Assembly: GCA_024695815.1 (NCBI GenBank)
Contig: JAILHK010000006.1
Location: 39,177-103,176 of the forward strand
Source of the DNA: Prevotella sp.
GTDB lineage: Bacteria; Bacteroidota; Bacteroidia; Bacteroidales; Bacteroidaceae
DNA length: 64,000 bases
Direction: 5' to 3'
The notes beneath the pieces were generated by a model. The model had not been told where the DNA came from. It saw only the letters and a list, made by a program, of their open reading frames with translations, and did not search any database. The translations under genes were made by a program, and so were the position numbers. Below, one piece after another: positions 26,705 to 36,721 of the stretch (the first letter of the stretch is position 1; the number at the start of each line of letters is the position of its first letter).

Positions 26705-28003
26705 TTACGGAAAGGGTCTAAAGGAAATAAAAGTCTGTACCAACCCTCTGGCGAGCAGATAGATGATGAATGCCAACCATAGGGCGTGGTTCTGCATGAC
26801 GGGAAACAGCCACCAATAGACCAGGAAGAAGCACAGGGCTGCCACCAAACAGGAAATGAGCATGCCGCGCGTCTTCAGCGTGCCGATGAAGATGCCGTCC
26901 CACACAAAGGCGGCCATGCCGGCAAAGGGCACTGCCACTGCCCACCACATGAAACCGGTGGCCGTGTGCACCACGTCGGCATCGGTGGTCAACAAGCGGA
27001 GTATGGTGGTACCGCCGAACTCATATACCAGCGTAAAGAGCGTAGCCACTATCACGCCCCAACCAAAGACATAGCGGATGGTGCGCTTCAACATGGACTG
27101 GTTGTTGGCACCCAGATAGCGCCCTGCTAATGCTTCAGCGGCAAAGGCGAAGCCGTCCATCACATAACTGAAGAACATAAAGAACTGCAACAGCAGTGTG
27201 TTGGCTGCCAGTATCTCGGCTCCCTGCATCGCCCCCGCCGAGGTGAAGTACAGGTTGACCGCCACCAGACAGACCGTACGCAGGAAGATGTCGAGGTTGA
27301 TGCTGAAAAAGCGAGCCAACCCCAGCCGGAGCTCACGCCACCGCGAGGGATGACGCCTGAGCAGTCGGCCGTAGTACCTGAGTATCAGGGCGATGCCCGC
27401 CAGGAATGTGGACCACTGTGCCACCATCGTGCCCAGCGCCACACCGCGTATCTCCATGCCAAAGCCAATGACCAGCACGAGCGACAAACTGATGTTGACC
27501 ACATTCTGTCCGATAGCCAGCAGCATCGGAATCCGTGTGTTCTGCATGCCTATCAACCACCCCATCAGCACATAGAGCCCCAACATGGCAGGCGCCCCCC
27601 ATATACATATATTATAATAAGAAGCACAGAGCGGTGCCACCTCGGGCGTCAGCTGCATCAAAAAGAACATCAGTCTGCGCAAAGGCCATTGCAACAACAC
27701 AATCAGCAGTCCCACCGACAGCGCCACCAGCAAACCGCGACGCAACATGGTGGCTGCTACCTGCAACCGCCGTCCGCCGAAAGCCTGTGCCGTCAGTCCG
27801 CTGGTGCCCATGCGCAGAAATCCGAAAAGCCAATACATCACATTGAAAATCATGGACCCTACGGCAATGGCACCAATATGGCGAGCGCCCCCAACATGGC
27901 CCATCACCACTACGTCGCAAAGCCCCAAAAGCGGCACTGTGATGTTCGAAACGATGCTCGGCACCGCCAAATTTATAATTTTTTTGTTCAACGACATATC
28001 CAT
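26705..28003 (-). CDS. MATE family efflux transporter (DinF-like)
   Basis: LAVPSIVSNITVPLLGL, FGFLRMGTSGLTAQAFG, ~12 TM helices; start 28003 or 27997 (promoter box at 28012-28019 argues against 28033). Confidence 0.92.
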   Translation of the reverse strand: MDMSLNKKIINLAVPSIVSNITVPLLGLCDVVVMGHVGGARHIGAIAVGSMIFNVMYWLFGFLRMGTSGLTAQAFGGRRLQVAATMLRRGLLVALSVGLLIVLLQWPLRRLMFFLMQLTPEVAPLCASYYNICIWGAPAMLGLYVLMGWLIGMQNTRIPMLLAIGQNVVNISLSLVLVIGFGMEIRGVALGTMVAQWSTFLAGIALILRYYGRLLRRHPSRWRELRLGLARFFSINLDIFLRTVCLVAVNLYFTSAGAMQGAEILAANTLLLQFFMFFSYVMDGFAFAAEALAGRYLGANNQSMLKRTIRYVFGWGVIVATLFTLVYEFGGTTILRLLTTDADVVHTATGFMWWAVAVPFAGMAAFVWDGIFIGTLKTRGMLISCLVAALCFFLVYWWLFPVMQNHALWLAFIIYLLARGLVQTFISFRPFP

Positions 28004-28011
28004 TTCGAGTG

Positions 28012-28019
28012 CAAAAGTA
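28012..28019 (-). promoter_or_regulatory. -7 promoter box of the MATE gene
   Basis: TACTTTTG on minus strand. Confidence 0.55.
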
Positions 28020-28111
28020 ATAAAAATCAGCAAGATTGCTTAAAAAAAGTAATGTATATTGCACAAAAGCACCCTGTGTGTGCACACAAAAGGTAGTTTT
28101 CTTAAAAAAAA

Positions 28112-28143
28112 TTTGCGTAATTGAAAGAAAATGAGTTACTTTG
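28112..28143 (+). promoter_or_regulatory. -33/-7 promoter of the acpP operon
   Basis: TTTG (28112-28115), 20-bp spacer, TTACTTTG (28136-28143; one mismatch to TAnnTTTG). Confidence 0.6.
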
Positions 28144-28208
28144 CACCCGATTTTGGAGAAAACTGAATCACATTGAACATAAGTATTAACAATTAAAAGA
28201 AAAAAATC

Positions 28209-28445
28209 ATGTCAGAAATTGAAAGCAAAGTAAAGGCAATTATCGTTGATAAGCTCGGTGTTGATGAAGCAGAGGTTAAGCCCGAAGCAAGTTTCACAAA
28301 CGACCTGGGTGCAGACTCTCTGGACACTGTAGAGCTCATCATGGAGTTCGAGAAGGAGTTCGGTATCTCTATTCCCGATGATAAGGCCGAGAAGATTGGC
28401 ACCGTTGCCGATGCTATTTCTTATATTGAGGAGAACGCAAAATAA
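28209..28445 (+). CDS. acpP: acyl carrier protein
   Basis: [20 protein letters not shown] phosphopantetheine motif; 78 aa. Confidence 0.98.
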   Translation: MSEIESKVKAIIVDKLGVDEAEVKPEASFTNDLGADSLDTVELIMEFEKEFGISIPDDKAEKIGTVADAISYIEENAK

Positions 28446-28454
28446 AGTTTTTCT

Positions 28455-28574
28455 GAATGAAGTAATGAAGAATGAAGAATGAAGAATTTGCTGCCTCCTC
28501 TTGCGTGGTAGTAAGTTCTTCATTCTTCGCTTTTTGTATATGCACAAAGATTCTTCATTCTTCATTCTTCATTC
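28455..28574. repeat. inverted heptamer (AATGAAG)n foldback repeat
   Basis: ~4 AATGAAG copies (28455-28487) and complementary ATTCTTC copies at 28515-28528 and 28550-28574. Confidence 0.8.
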
Positions 28575-28586
28575 AATATTAATATT

Positions 28587-29849
28587 ATGGAATTAAAAAG
28601 AGTCGTTGTAACAGGTCTGGGCGCAGTTACGCCAGTGGGCAACACTCCCGACGAGATGTGGAACAACCTCATCAATGGCGTCAGCGGAGCAGCACCTATT
28701 ACACATTTTGATACCACAAATTTCAAAACCAAGTTTGCTTGTGAGGTGAAGAACCTCAACGTAAACGACTTCCTGGATCGCAAGGAGGCCCGCAAGATGG
28801 ACCGCTACACTCAGCTGGCCCTGATTGCTGCCAAGCAGGCGGTCGAGGACTGCGGATGGAACCTTGAGCAAGAAGACAAAGACCGTATCGGTGTTGTCTT
28901 TGGCGTAGGTATCGGTGGTATTAAGACCTTCGAAGACGAGATCACCTACTATGGTGTTCATCGCGAGGATGGTCCTAAGTTCAACCCCTTCTTCATCCCT
29001 AAGATGATTGCCGACATCGCTGCCGGACAGATTTCTATCATGTTCGGTTTCCATGGTCCCAACTACATCACATCTTCAGCATGTGCTTCTTCAAGCAACG
29101 CACTGGCCGATGCCTTCAACCTGATTCGTCTGGGCAAGGCAAACGCTATCGTAACCGGTGGTGCCGAGGCAGCTATCTGCGAGAGTGGTGTTGGTGGTTT
29201 CAATGCCATGCACGCCCTGTCAACTCGTAACGACGAGCCTGAGAAGGCTAGCCGTCCTTTCAGCGCTTCGCGCGATGGTTTCATCATGGCAGAAGGTGCC
29301 GGTTGCCTCATCCTCGAGGAACTGGAGCACGCCAAGGCCCGTGGTGCCAAGATCTATGCAGAGATGGTTGGTGCAGGCATGAGTGCAGACGCTCACCACA
29401 TCACAGCTTCTCACCCCGAAGGACTGGGTGCTAAGCTGGTGATGAAGAACGCTCTGGAAGATGCCAACATGAAGCCCGAGGATATCGACTACATCAACGT
29501 ACATGGTACGTCAACCCACGTAGGTGATATCTCTGAGGCCAAGGCCATCAAGGACGTCTTTGGCGATGCAGCCTTCAAGCTGAACATCTCTTCAACCAAG
29601 TCTATGACTGGTCACCTGCTCGGTGCTGCTGGTGCCGTAGAGGCTATGGCCACCATCCTGGCAGTGAAGAACGACATCGTTCCTCCCACCATCAACCATG
29701 AGGATGGCGATGAGGATCCTGAGATTGACTATAACTTGAACTTCACTTTCAACAAGGCACAGAAGCGCACCGTACGTGCTGGTCTGAGCAACACCTTCGG
29801 TTTTGGCGGACACAATGCCTGTGTTGTATTCAAGAAATTTTCAGATTAG
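28587..29849 (+). CDS. fabF: beta-ketoacyl-ACP synthase II
   Basis: RVVVTGLG, SACASS (Cys), NVHGTST, KSMTGHLLGAAG, SNTFGFGGHN. Confidence 0.97.
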   Translation: MELKRVVVTGLGAVTPVGNTPDEMWNNLINGVSGAAPITHFDTTNFKTKFACEVKNLNVNDFLDRKEARKMDRYTQLALIAAKQAVEDCGWNLEQEDKDRIGVVFGVGIGGIKTFEDEITYYGVHREDGPKFNPFFIPKMIADIAAGQISIMFGFHGPNYITSSACASSSNALADAFNLIRLGKANAIVTGGAEAAICESGVGGFNAMHALSTRNDEPEKASRPFSASRDGFIMAEGAGCLILEELEHAKARGAKIYAEMVGAGMSADAHHITASHPEGLGAKLVMKNALEDANMKPEDIDYINVHGTSTHVGDISEAKAIKDVFGDAAFKLNISSTKSMTGHLLGAAGAVEAMATILAVKNDIVPPTINHEDGDEDPEIDYNLNFTFNKAQKRTVRAGLSNTFGFGGHNACVVFKKFSD

Positions 29850-29908
29850 TGAGCAAAGTGAAAGCGCGCTTTCACTTTCAAACGAAAGAAAATTCACCGA
29901 AGATAAGT

Positions 29909-30937
29909 ATGAAGATTAAAGATATTATCGACCGTTTAAAGCTCCCTTTCCGCAAGGAAAAGGAGCTTTATTCTTCTCTGTATGCCATCATCGGCTTCTA
30001 CCCCCATAACATCAAGTACTACAAAATGGCCCTGACACACAAGAGCTCAGGAAAGCGCAACGAGAAGGGCCGTCCGCTGAACAACGAGCGCCTGGAGTTT
30101 CTGGGCGACGCACTACTTGATGCCGTGGTGGGACACATCGTCTATGAACATTTTGCCGGCAAACGAGAAGGATTTCTCACCAACACCCGCTCGAAGTTGG
30201 TGAGCCGAGAGACTTTGGGAAAACTGGCCCAGGAGATGGGACTCACCGAACTGATACAGAGCAGCGGCACACAGCGCTCACACAATAGTTATATGGCCGG
30301 CAATGCCTTCGAGGCACTGGTTGGCGCCATCTATCTGGACCAAGGCTACGATGCCGTCATGACGTTTATGAAGCAGCGCATCCTGGCTCAGATGGTGAAC
30401 ATCGACAAGGTGGCCTATAAGGAGGTTAACTTTAAGTCGAAGTTGCTGGAGTGGACTCAGAAGAACCGCGTTCGCATGGACTTCAAGATACAAAAGGAGA
30501 CACAAGACGAGAACGGCTCGCCCGTGTTCTGCTTCATCGTCATGATAGAAGGTGTGGAAGGTGGCAAGGGTCAGGGCTTCTCGAAGAAAGAGGCCCAGCA
30601 GAACGCCTCTAAGGAGACGCTACAGCGCCTGCGTCGCGAGCCACAGTTTATCGACGCTATCTTTCTGGCTAAGTCCGAGCGCACCAAGATGGAAGAAGAG
30701 CCTACAGCCATTGCTCCCGATTTGGAGAAGGAAAAGGAGTTCATCATCCCCACCGAGAAGAAAGAGAAGGCAGATATGCCTCAGAAGGCCGAAGCCCCTC
30801 GTCCTGCCGACAAGCAGGAGAAGGCTGCTGAAAGCGATGTTGACGAGTTCGACCTTTCCGACATCAGCCATCAACCCAAGGAACAGTCACGCGAAGATAT
30901 TATTGCGGCAGCCGAAGCCGCTGCCTACGACGCATGA
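29909..30937 (+). CDS. rnc: ribonuclease III
   Basis: NERLEFLGDALL signature, GNAFEALVGAIYLD, dsRBD (NFKSKLLEW...SKKEAQQNA); alternative GTG start at 29849. Confidence 0.95.
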   Translation: MKIKDIIDRLKLPFRKEKELYSSLYAIIGFYPHNIKYYKMALTHKSSGKRNEKGRPLNNERLEFLGDALLDAVVGHIVYEHFAGKREGFLTNTRSKLVSRETLGKLAQEMGLTELIQSSGTQRSHNSYMAGNAFEALVGAIYLDQGYDAVMTFMKQRILAQMVNIDKVAYKEVNFKSKLLEWTQKNRVRMDFKIQKETQDENGSPVFCFIVMIEGVEGGKGQGFSKKEAQQNASKETLQRLRREPQFIDAIFLAKSERTKMEEEPTAIAPDLEKEKEFIIPTEKKEKADMPQKAEAPRPADKQEKAAESDVDEFDLSDISHQPKEQSREDIIAAAEAAAYDA

Positions 30938-32106
30938 AGACAGCTATCGTGGGAGGCGGCGCAGCAGGCTTCTTTCTGGCCATTAACCTGAAAGAGCTTT
31001 GTCCAGGAATGCAGATAGACATTCTTGAAGCCGGTTCACGCGTACTAAGAAAAGTAGAAGTTTCGGGCGGCGGGCGCTGTAACTGCACCAACTCTTTTCG
31101 TGATGTTACAGACCTGAAACAGGTTTATCCACGCGGTCACCGCCTGCTGAAACGCCTTTTCAAGCAGTTTGACCACCGCGCTGCCTATCAATGGTTCGAG
31201 CAGCGCGGTGTCAAACTGGTCACTCAGGAAGACCAGTGCGTCTTCCCTCAATCACAAGACTCACATACCATCATCAACCTGTTTCTCAGCGAGGCACACC
31301 GACTGGGCGTCAACGTGCGCACCAACCACCGTGTGCATGCGTTAGAACAGCTCGCCGACTACGACTTCGTGGTCGTCACCACTGGCGGCATGTCGCCACA
31401 GTCCACCCTGTTGAGCAACCACGACATCGAGACACCCGTACCCTCGCTCTTCACCTTCAGCATCGACGATGCTAAGTTGCGCGAGCTGATGGGCACCGTG
31501 GTCGAGGCCAGCGCCATGATACCTGGCACTAAATTCAGAGCTTCTGGCGCTCTGCTCATCACCCACTGGGGTATGAGTGGTCCCTGCATCCTCCGACTGT
31601 CCAGCTACGCCGCAAGGGCACTCAGCGAAGCCCGTTACCAGATGCCTCTGTCTGTCAACTGGACGGGCTGTACCGAGCATGAAGTACAGCAGGTTCTCGA
31701 CGAGATGATTGCCGCCAACGGCCAGAAACAGCTGTCGTCTGTCCGTCCGTTCAACCTCCCCACCCGACTTTGGAACTACCTATTGGAGAAAAGCCTCGGC
31801 AGTCGGGCACACGCCCCCTGGGGCAGTCTGAACAAGAAAGAAGCGAACCGACTGATCAACACGCTGGTCAACGACACCTACCCCATCCAAGGCCGTGCCG
31901 CCTTCAAGGACGAGTTTGTGACCTGTGGCGGCGTTGCCCTGTCGGCCGTCAACCCCTCGACGCTCGAGAGTCGCATCCAGCCACACCTCTACTTCGCCGG
32001 CGAAGTGCTCGACATCGACGGCGTCACAGGCGGATTCAATTTCCAAGCCGCTTGGACCACAGCCTACACCGTAGCCCAAGCCATCAGTCAATCAGTAAAA
32101 GCTTAG
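30934..32106 (+). CDS. HI0933/YhiN (BaiN-like) family NAD(P)/FAD-dependent oxidoreductase
   Basis: IVGGGAAG, SGGGRCNCTN, LLITHWGMSGP, TCGGV, AGEVLDIDGVTGGFNFQAAW. Confidence 0.92.
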   Translation: MKTAIVGGGAAGFFLAINLKELCPGMQIDILEAGSRVLRKVEVSGGGRCNCTNSFRDVTDLKQVYPRGHRLLKRLFKQFDHRAAYQWFEQRGVKLVTQEDQCVFPQSQDSHTIINLFLSEAHRLGVNVRTNHRVHALEQLADYDFVVVTTGGMSPQSTLLSNHDIETPVPSLFTFSIDDAKLRELMGTVVEASAMIPGTKFRASGALLITHWGMSGPCILRLSSYAARALSEARYQMPLSVNWTGCTEHEVQQVLDEMIAANGQKQLSSVRPFNLPTRLWNYLLEKSLGSRAHAPWGSLNKKEANRLINTLVNDTYPIQGRAAFKDEFVTCGGVALSAVNPSTLESRIQPHLYFAGEVLDIDGVTGGFNFQAAWTTAYTVAQAISQSVKA

Positions 32107-33149
32107 TTACTCGTCTTATCCAGCTTCATCAACAGAAGCCCGATAAGAATCCAAATGATTTCACGCACACGGCAGATGATGCTGACAAAGATGCCGAGGG
32201 CTGCCGAGAGTTCCATCACAGCGATGGACACCACGAAGCCACCTTCCTGCACACCTATCTGCATGGGCAACCATCCTATCAGGTTGGCCAGCAACGAGGT
32301 GAACGACAGTATCAGCACTGAGTGGAGGAACGTCAGCATCAGGCCTCCCATGCCACCGCCACAGTCGATGCCGAACAGCAGCAGCATGAACATGATTTCC
32401 AGGCTCTGAACCACGCGCGACAGATACTCCAGCAGCAGACTGCTGTAGAAGGCACGCTTGTCTGTGTTGTGCAGCGCCGCTATCTGCTCGTCCACATGGT
32501 GCAGTGTCTCGGCGTGCGTCTCCAGCATACGTGCGCTCCAGTTCTTCAGTCCCGGCACCTTACCAATCCAGCGCACGCCCTTCACCACCAGTCCCTTGCG
32601 GTAACCACGCGAGAAAAGGTAAAAGGCCACCAGACAAAACACGATGGCCAGTGCAAACATAAAGGCCATCACCGGCGTCAGTTTCAGGTCGCCGATGGCC
32701 ACCAGGGCCAGATACAGGAATATCGATGTGAACCAGAACCAGAAATGGGCAAAGATATGCATCATGGCATAGAGCACCACCGACGAGGAGGCATGCTCCT
32801 TGCTCATGTCGCGCGACAGTGCAATGATACGGTATGGCTCACCGCCAAGACCGCCCACAGGTGTGGCGTAGTTCAAGGCATAGCCCGTGATGGTGAGTCG
32901 AAAAATGCGCCAAAAACCCACGTGCTCGTCGTCGCTGCTCACGCTACGTATCACGCTCTGCCACGACAAGGCGTTGATGCCATAGACAAACACCCACACG
33001 CCCACAATCGGTATCAGCCAGTAGCCTGCGTGACAGATGTGCTCCCATAGTTCTACGAAACTCACGTCGAAGGTGAACATCATCACCACGACAGCCAATA
33101 CACCAATAAAGAATAAGAAATTATTGATTTTCTTTTTAGTCCACGTCAT
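32103..33149 (-). CDS. lysylphosphatidylglycerol synthase TM-domain / flippase-like (UPF0104) protein
   Basis: ALNYATPVGGLGGEPYR, PMQIGVQEGG, multiple TM helices. Confidence 0.82.
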   Translation of the reverse strand: MTWTKKKINNFLFFIGVLAVVVMMFTFDVSFVELWEHICHAGYWLIPIVGVWVFVYGINALSWQSVIRSVSSDDEHVGFWRIFRLTITGYALNYATPVGGLGGEPYRIIALSRDMSKEHASSSVVLYAMMHIFAHFWFWFTSIFLYLALVAIGDLKLTPVMAFMFALAIVFCLVAFYLFSRGYRKGLVVKGVRWIGKVPGLKNWSARMLETHAETLHHVDEQIAALHNTDKRAFYSSLLLEYLSRVVQSLEIMFMLLLFGIDCGGGMGGLMLTFLHSVLILSFTSLLANLIGWLPMQIGVQEGGFVVSIAVMELSAALGIFVSIICRVREIIWILIGLLLMKLDKTSN

Positions 33150-33177
33150 GTGTATGCCCGTTCTTTTTTTATACTAC

Positions 33178-34161
33178 CTAAGAGAGTTTCTCTGCCATCT
33201 TCTTGCAGAATGCCTCATGACGGCGGTTAATCCACCATGCAATGAGTCCCAGACCGATGATCTCCCATAGGAAGTTCATGACAGGCACATCCAGTAAACA
33301 GAACAAGAACAGGAAGGCCGAACGGAAGTTAAATACAATCATGCCCACACACTTCACCAGTGGCTTAGAGTAGGCATGCAGCTGTGCACGTACATCGCGT
33401 GGAATCTGGTCGGAAGTGCCGAACCTCTTCCTCAGCACCGTCATCAGGCGCTGGAACTGCGGTGTCACCTTCTCCTGCTTTTTCGTATATTCCACGTACT
33501 GCTGCTGGAACAGTCGTTCGACGAAGGGAGCATCCTTCGGCATCTGGTCCAGTATCTCCTGCTGGCGCTCCGAGTTGTCGAGCTCGCAGCCCTCCTCACC
33601 CTTCTGAAAGAACAGGTGCACCTGTATGTAGTAGTCGGCCAGACGCTGTTGACCTGCCAGACAATGCAGACCGGAATAGGCAGCCAGAGCAAACACCACG
33701 ATGGTGGCAATGATGGCATTCGTAGGCGTGTCTTCGATGCCCAGCCATCCGAACTCGATGTCGTGATGCTGGTAGAAGCGCCATATCAAAGCCAGGTAGA
33801 TGGGCGTGAACCATGCAAAGCCGGCCACACCGTCGAGGATGCGCCCCTTACGACTCTTCTTGCCCGAGATGCGCGCCAGCTGACCGTCGGTACAGTCAAG
33901 GATGTCGCCCACCATCAGCAGCAGGATGCCCACCAGGTTCAGCAGCAATCCTGCCCACGACTCATAGTGGTAGCTGCCGTGTGCAAAAAAGAAGCAGCTG
34001 GCAGCGCCAAACACCATAGACCATATCGTCACCGTGTTGGGGTGAATGCCGAACTTATTAAAGAATTCTGCCAGATAATAGCATATTGGTCTTACTATAT
34101 AAAGGTCGAAAACATCCTCTGTTTCCGTCGATTTTAGGCTTTTTAGTATTTTCTCGTTCAT
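33178..34161 (-). CDS. CDP-alcohol phosphatidyltransferase family protein
   Basis: HPNTVT and DILDCTDGQLAR...GRILD signature. Confidence 0.9.
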   Translation of the reverse strand: MNEKILKSLKSTETEDVFDLYIVRPICYYLAEFFNKFGIHPNTVTIWSMVFGAASCFFFAHGSYHYESWAGLLLNLVGILLLMVGDILDCTDGQLARISGKKSRKGRILDGVAGFAWFTPIYLALIWRFYQHHDIEFGWLGIEDTPTNAIIATIVVFALAAYSGLHCLAGQQRLADYYIQVHLFFQKGEEGCELDNSERQQEILDQMPKDAPFVERLFQQQYVEYTKKQEKVTPQFQRLMTVLRKRFGTSDQIPRDVRAQLHAYSKPLVKCVGMIVFNFRSAFLFLFCLLDVPVMNFLWEIIGLGLIAWWINRRHEAFCKKMAEKLS

Positions 34162-34183
34162 TGTCTTTTTATAAAAAACTCCG

Positions 34184-34215
34184 CAAAGGTACTAATAAGT
34201 AAGGAAACATGCAAA
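34184..34215 (-). promoter_or_regulatory. -33/-7 promoter of the lipid genes
   Basis: TTTG (34215-34212), 20-bp spacer, TACCTTTG (34191-34184). Confidence 0.7.
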
Positions 34216-34227
34216 TTATCTTTAAAC

Positions 34228-34265
34228 AAAAATCATCCAATGATAGTATTATCAATGGATGATTT
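34228..34265 (-). terminator. terminator of the large PUL enzyme operon
   Basis: AAATCATCCA...TGGATGATTT stem with inner TGATA/TATCA pairing, T-rich tail on the minus strand, ~27 bp after the GH2 stop. Confidence 0.65.
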
Positions 34266-34291
34266 GAATTAAAATGTGGTTATTTTATTGA

Positions 34292-36721
34292 TTATTGATT
34301 ATAGATGGTTTCAGTAAGACCTTTCGAAGTTATCTTAACAACAACAGAATTCTTTCCCGTCATATTGTCATTACGGACAAAGAATGTCAACTGTCCTCCA
34401 AATACAGGCATCTGACGAGAGCCTAAAGATGTCAGGCAAGTTGGGTCTCCATTGGCCATACCACAGAATGTCGCCTTCCCCCTGACAGTAACATTTATCA
34501 GATTATTGCTTTGCGGACAAAGATTTCCGTTTTTATCTGTAATAGTGACCGTAAACATCGCTAATGATCCTTCACGCACAGATGAAACCTGAATAGCAGC
34601 GGGACGTCCTGCCGTAGATATCTTCTTTTTATCTGCTACCTTCCCATGTTTGTCATAAGCGACGACCTCTATGGTACCCGGCTCGTATCTGACATCATCC
34701 CAAAAAAGTCGATATCGACGAAGTATTGCTAACGAATCTGACTCCGAGGACGCATTATCACATTTCTTCTGGCGGCCCATGCTCTTTCCATTAAGAAACA
34801 ACTCTGCTTCGGGGTAATCCGTATAGACCATCACTGGGGTTACCTGTCCTTCCCTACCCGGCCATGTCCAGTGAGGCAGAACGTGCAACGTATGACTATC
34901 AGTGTTCCACACGCTGCGATAGAGATAATAGCGGTCTTTGGGCAAGTTTGCCAAATCAATGATTCCAAATAAAGAGCTATGACTTGGCCATGCATCATTA
35001 TTATAAGGCGTGGGTTCACCCAGATAGTCAAAGCCAGTCCATACAAACTGTCCTATATACCAGGGATTGTCATCACTAAGTGCAAAATCAACATCTGGCA
35101 CATTACTCCATGAACAGTATTCCGTATCATAGCCCGAAGACTGATGGTCTGAGTAGGTAGCCATCGCTTTCAGGGCGAGCGGAAACTTGTAAACACCGCG
35201 TGAGCTAACCGTTGATGCCGTCTCAGAACCAAGAATTAAACCCTGATCCCATTGTTTCCATGCCTTGGCATAGTTCCATGTATTGTAGTTGATACCAGGA
35301 ATATCAACGGGAGCTGCGAAACCATTTTTCAAAACGTAGGGTATCTGATCCATGCAAACAGTGACAGGACGTGTATGATCCTCTGCATGTACAATAGCCT
35401 GCAGATGCTCTACCATACGGAAGCCCTTTTCGTCACGTTGATTAGGAACCTCATTGCCGATACCCCAGAGTATCACACATGGTGCATTGCGGAAATGGCG
35501 CACCATATTACGTAGTACATTGTCGGCCTCTTCGGCAAAGAAATGATGGAATCCATTTTCGCATTTAGGAGCATCCCATTCATCAAATGGCTCTATCATG
35601 AGCATCAGTCCCATCTCGCTGCAAAGTTCAACAAGCATGGACGAAGGCAGGTTATGTGAAGTACGGATAGCGTTACACCCCATGTCCTTTAACATCTTCA
35701 AACGCATACGTATGGCATCCTTATCAACAGCGGCCCCAAGAGCGCCAAGGTCATGATGGACGCAAACGCCTTTTATCTTTGTATGCTGGCCGTTGAGAAA
35801 GAATCCCTCATACGGAATGTATTCAATGTTTCGAATACCGAAACTGGTCGTGGTTTCGTCAGTAACTTTCCCCTGTACGGATATCTTTGTACGCAAGGTG
35901 TATTGACTAGGACTATCGACAGACCATAATTTTGGATGGCTGATGCGAAGATGATGCACAGCCTTCAATTGCGAAGTGGGCGCATACTGTTGGGTATAGT
36001 TCTGCACTACATCGCCATTGGGAGCCACCACCTCTGAACATATCGTCAAACTATCCTGACGATTACTATTGACGGAAACTGTGACCTTGACGATGGCATA
36101 ATCGCTCTTGACAACAGGCGTAGTAACCTGTATGCCCCACTGCGGCACATAGCTGGCACCGGTTTCTACCAAGGTAACTGGTCGGAAGAGTCCTGCACCA
36201 GGATACCATCTTGACGAGTATGCAGGATTATCAATACTAACGGCCAACACGTTATCCCCTGGGCATACCATCTCAGTGATATCAACACTGAAAGCACCAT
36301 AACCATAAGGTTGAAAAGCAACCTGCTGACCATTGACATAAACATGCGCACGACTCATGGCACCTTCGAAGTAAAGCCACGTCCGTCCTGATGCCTTTAC
36401 CGTGAAATGCCTGCGATACCAGCCTTTGCCCATATAGGGCAGTCCTCCCGTTCGTCCCGTCTTTAAATGAACCTTCTTCTCACCATTCTGTATGTTGCGC
36501 ACAGACTGTAGGTCGTTGTTGCGATCAAAAGGCTTATGAATGGCCCAGTCATGTGGCACACTGACGCGCTGCCACCGGCCGTCATCATAATCTTTAGCCT
36601 CAGCACCAGGTGCATCACCCAGCAGGAAGTGCCACCCGTCTGAAAGCAAGGTCTCACTTCGCTGGGCAAATGCCAGAGCTACCGACTGTGATAACAATAG
36701 GAAGAATAAAAGTCTTTTCAT
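34292..36721 (-). CDS. GH2 beta-galactosidase-like glycoside hydrolase
   Basis: VSVPHDW, RWYPGAG, GVCVHHDLGALG, NAIRTSHN, WGIGNE, GSET, WTGFDYLGEP. Confidence 0.93.
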   Translation of the reverse strand: MKRLLFFLLLSQSVALAFAQRSETLLSDGWHFLLGDAPGAEAKDYDDGRWQRVSVPHDWAIHKPFDRNNDLQSVRNIQNGEKKVHLKTGRTGGLPYMGKGWYRRHFTVKASGRTWLYFEGAMSRAHVYVNGQQVAFQPYGYGAFSVDITEMVCPGDNVLAVSIDNPAYSSRWYPGAGLFRPVTLVETGASYVPQWGIQVTTPVVKSDYAIVKVTVSVNSNRQDSLTICSEVVAPNGDVVQNYTQQYAPTSQLKAVHHLRISHPKLWSVDSPSQYTLRTKISVQGKVTDETTTSFGIRNIEYIPYEGFFLNGQHTKIKGVCVHHDLGALGAAVDKDAIRMRLKMLKDMGCNAIRTSHNLPSSMLVELCSEMGLMLMIEPFDEWDAPKCENGFHHFFAEEADNVLRNMVRHFRNAPCVILWGIGNEVPNQRDEKGFRMVEHLQAIVHAEDHTRPVTVCMDQIPYVLKNGFAAPVDIPGINYNTWNYAKAWKQWDQGLILGSETASTVSSRGVYKFPLALKAMATYSDHQSSGYDTEYCSWSNVPDVDFALSDDNPWYIGQFVWTGFDYLGEPTPYNNDAWPSHSSLFGIIDLANLPKDRYYLYRSVWNTDSHTLHVLPHWTWPGREGQVTPVMVYTDYPEAELFLNGKSMGRQKKCDNASSESDSLAILRRYRLFWDDVRYEPGTIEVVAYDKHGKVADKKKISTAGRPAAIQVSSVREGSLAMFTVTITDKNGNLCPQSNNLINVTVRGKATFCGMANGDPTCLTSLGSRQMPVFGGQLTFFVRNDNMTGKNSVVVKITSKGLTETIYNQ

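Noticed and set aside
28212-28565. ORF beginning MKNEE...ILHSSFFI
   Set aside because: Translation of the heptamer repeat, antisense to acpP
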